Below, in pieces: positions 15,798 to 17,718 of a DNA stretch of 17,718 bases. Position numbers and translations under genes: made by a program. Source of the DNA: Candidatus Cryosericum sp. (GTDB taxonomy: Bacteria > Caldisericota > Caldisericia > Cryosericales > Cryosericaceae); the NCBI GenBank assembly GCA_049699855.1, contig JBNAWM010000020.1:1-17718 (forward strand), in the 5' to 3' direction. The notes under the pieces were generated by a model. The model saw only the letters and a program-made list of their open reading frames with translations. It made no database searches and was not told the origin of the DNA. Position 1 is the stretch's first letter; every line of letters starts with the position of its first letter.

Positions 15798-17591
15798 CTA
15801 TGCCCCTGCCGGGGCGGTGCCCTGGTTTACCGTATCGCGGAACTGCTCGGCCCACTCCTGCTGAACCCCCAGAGCCAGGGCATAGGGCAGGTAGCGCTCA
15901 AGGAGTTCGGGTGTTTTTGCCGGTGGGGTGAACCAATGCATGCGGTCCTGCTCGGCTACTTTCAGGTACAGCGCAAAGCCATCGGCCTCGTCGGCGATCT
16001 GCCGGCCTCGCAGTGTCCAGCTGGGCATGATGCGTCCATAGATGATGTCCAGAACTGCCATTGCGATGACCAGACAGGCGACCGGGATCGTGGCCACGCG
16101 GAAGAAGACGCCCGCGCCCGCCATCCAGAATAGGGCACAGTATGCAAGCGCTGCCGTGCGTGAGCGCTCTGCCCGTTCCTGTGACGTCACTGCCATCTGC
16201 ATGGCAAGTGCCTGGAGAAGCGAGGCAGGTCTCGCATGGCGCTGCGACGGCCGCGCTTTCAGGGTTGCGGCCAGTGCCGCCCATGAGAACGCAACGCCGG
16301 CCGACCAGACCAGAAGCCAGGCGAGCAGGCCAAGGTAGGCAATGACGCCGGCGCGCGTGGTCGCCTGCGCCATGCCTGCAATGACAGCGGTCACGAAGGA
16401 GATGCCGATGCCCGTCAGCGTCTCGCGCCGATGCAGGTCAAAGAGGCCCGGGCGGACGCTCTTCTCGAGGTAGGTGCCAAGAGCTGCACTGGCTGACTGC
16501 AGGAGGGGCTGGGTCGACGGCCCGACGACCAGTGCCTTCTGGTTGTCTCCAAAGAGGCGCTCCAGGATGAGTTGCTCGTCCGCGGGCAGGTCTGCCGGGG
16601 TGCTGGCTGAGCGCCGAAGAACGGTGGCGCCCGCCTCCAGGCTCACCAGAGCTGCTCCTCGGGAGCCAAGGTCGAGTAGGTCGGCGGCGAAGGCAGTCTC
16701 ATCGAATGCCATGTGGCGGACGTAGCGCACTGCTGCCGGAGACATGCCGGCGGGCGGTTCGAAGCGGGGAATCACAGCTCCCTGCCGGGGGTCCTTTCCA
16801 AGCGCCATCCAGGCTGATTGGAAGTACCCTGCAAGCACGAGCAGTCCGAACAGGCCCATGACGATGCCTCCCCAGTCGCGTATGAACCAGTCGATGCGCA
16901 TCCCGGATGTCGGTGCGGTGACGGCTCCAACAGGCCACGATGCGCGGACAACAATGGACTCACCGGCTGCCAGCGGGCGGCTCGTTTGCAGGATGACGTT
17001 TCCATCCATGTCCTGGGTCGCAGGAAGAGACCCAATCCGTCCGATGGCGTTTTGCAGCGAGGCTCCCGCCGACAGCAGGGAGCGCCCGGCCCCGGGAGGA
17101 GGGACGAGGATCACGCTGGCTTGTGCGACGGGTGAGAGCCACGCTCCCGTTGCATCCCAGACAAGGTTCGCTCCCGTGGCGGTCACGGTCAGGAAGCGGT
17201 CGGTGATGAAGGTCAGATCCAGCGTGTGCTGACCGGCGCCAAGATTGCTGCCCACCTCAAGCAGGAGTCTGCTCGCCGCGGGGGCCCGGATCTGCCATGT
17301 GGCCGGGCTTCCGTCGATGCTTGCGCTCTGGATGCGCCAGGAAGGCGTTGCGCGGCTTCCATGCCGGAGCGCGCCTGCATCCTGGGGCAGGAGCCTGGTG
17401 ACACTGCCGCCGGTGGTGACCAGGGTCAGGTGCTCATGGACCTGGAGGCTTCCGCTGGCAAAGACCGTGACGGTCGAAACCAAGGATTGTATCTGAGCTG
17501 GCGCAGCGGCGGCTGCAGGTCCGATAACCGCTATCGTCAGGAGGAGTACCACAAGCAGTGTCGTCGCGGCTGTCGCCGGGCGCGTTACCAT
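15798..17591 (-). CDS. Divergent DUF2207 family membrane protein lacking the poly-Gly tail (597 aa)
   Basis: Paralogous blocks [69 protein letters not shown]. The ATG overlaps the upstream gene end (ATGGTAA), with AGGAGG 6 nt upstream. Confidence 0.88.
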   Translation of the reverse strand: MVTRPATAATTLLVVLLLTIAVIGPAAAAAPAQIQSLVSTVTVFASGSLQVHEHLTLVTTGGSVTRLLPQDAGALRHGSRATPSWRIQSASIDGSPATWQIRAPAASRLLLEVGSNLGAGQHTLDLTFITDRFLTVTATGANLVWDATGAWLSPVAQASVILVPPPGAGRSLLSAGASLQNAIGRIGSLPATQDMDGNVILQTSRPLAAGESIVVRASWPVGAVTAPTSGMRIDWFIRDWGGIVMGLFGLLVLAGYFQSAWMALGKDPRQGAVIPRFEPPAGMSPAAVRYVRHMAFDETAFAADLLDLGSRGAALVSLEAGATVLRRSASTPADLPADEQLILERLFGDNQKALVVGPSTQPLLQSASAALGTYLEKSVRPGLFDLHRRETLTGIGISFVTAVIAGMAQATTRAGVIAYLGLLAWLLVWSAGVAFSWAALAATLKARPSQRHARPASLLQALAMQMAVTSQERAERSRTAALAYCALFWMAGAGVFFRVATIPVACLVIAMAVLDIIYGRIMPSWTLRGRQIADEADGFALYLKVAEQDRMHWFTPPAKTPELLERYLPYALALGVQQEWAEQFRDTVNQGTAPAGA

Positions 17592-17718
17592 CCCCCGCCT
17601 CCTCCCCCGCCTCCGCCTCCGCCGGAACCCCCGCCCCCGCCTCCTCCCCCACCGCCAAAACCGGAGCTGGACCCGGGTGGGGTGGAGGCAGCAGAGATCG
17701 AAGATGCGAATGCACTCG
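17585..17718 (-). CDS. C-terminal fragment of a probable third DUF2207 family protein; 5' part outside the window
   Basis: Manual translation SAFASSISAASTPPGSSSGF-G10-S-G11-W-TAA(17587-17585) closely matches the tail of the 13990-15747 protein ([21 protein letters not shown]...GW). Not in the ORF track. Confidence 0.82.
   Translation of the reverse strand, partial: SAFASSISAASTPPGSSSGFGGGGGGGGGGSGGGGGGGGGGGW

Noticed and set aside
17434..17715. 93-aa minus-strand ORF in the ORF track
   Set aside because: Wrong frame; the biologically sensible frame is the poly-Gly-Trp tail ending at 17585.
1..17718. CRISPR arrays, tRNA/rRNA genes, IS elements, prophage or defence genes
   Set aside because: No regularly spaced repeats, cloverleaf or T-loop signatures, transposase/integrase motifs or defence-type domains were seen by eye.

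Overview
GC-rich bacterial chromosomal window with 13 complete and 2 edge-truncated protein-coding genes. I found no tRNA, rRNA, CRISPR array or transposase. Left to right: C-terminal end of a probable RimJ/RimL-type GNAT acetyltransferase (+); transketolase of the animal-like DGPSQ type (-); P-type cation ATPase with an atypical PEEF membrane signature (-), preceded by a sigma70-type promoter and a structured 5' leader; an ABC ATPase / FtsX-type permease / TetR operon (-) with a clear 18-bp palindromic operator at its predicted transcription start; then on + glycerate kinase, BCP peroxiredoxin, a 2TM-domain protein, a MefA-like MFS transporter, a low-GC secreted stalk-domain protein and a stand-alone Rieske oxygenase; finally at least three tandem DUF2207-family membrane protein genes (-), one lacking the poly-Gly-Trp tail and one missed by the ORF track. 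Most genes belong to known families, and I cannot demonstrate a new system from sequence alone. The best candidates are (i) the riboswitch-like leader plus the ATPase of unknown ion specificity, (ii) the DUF2207 tandem array, and (iii) the low-GC stalk gene / orphan Rieske oxygenase segment, which ends in a strong ribosome-binding site opening only an antisense ORF. Family calls come from motif recognition, not database searches.
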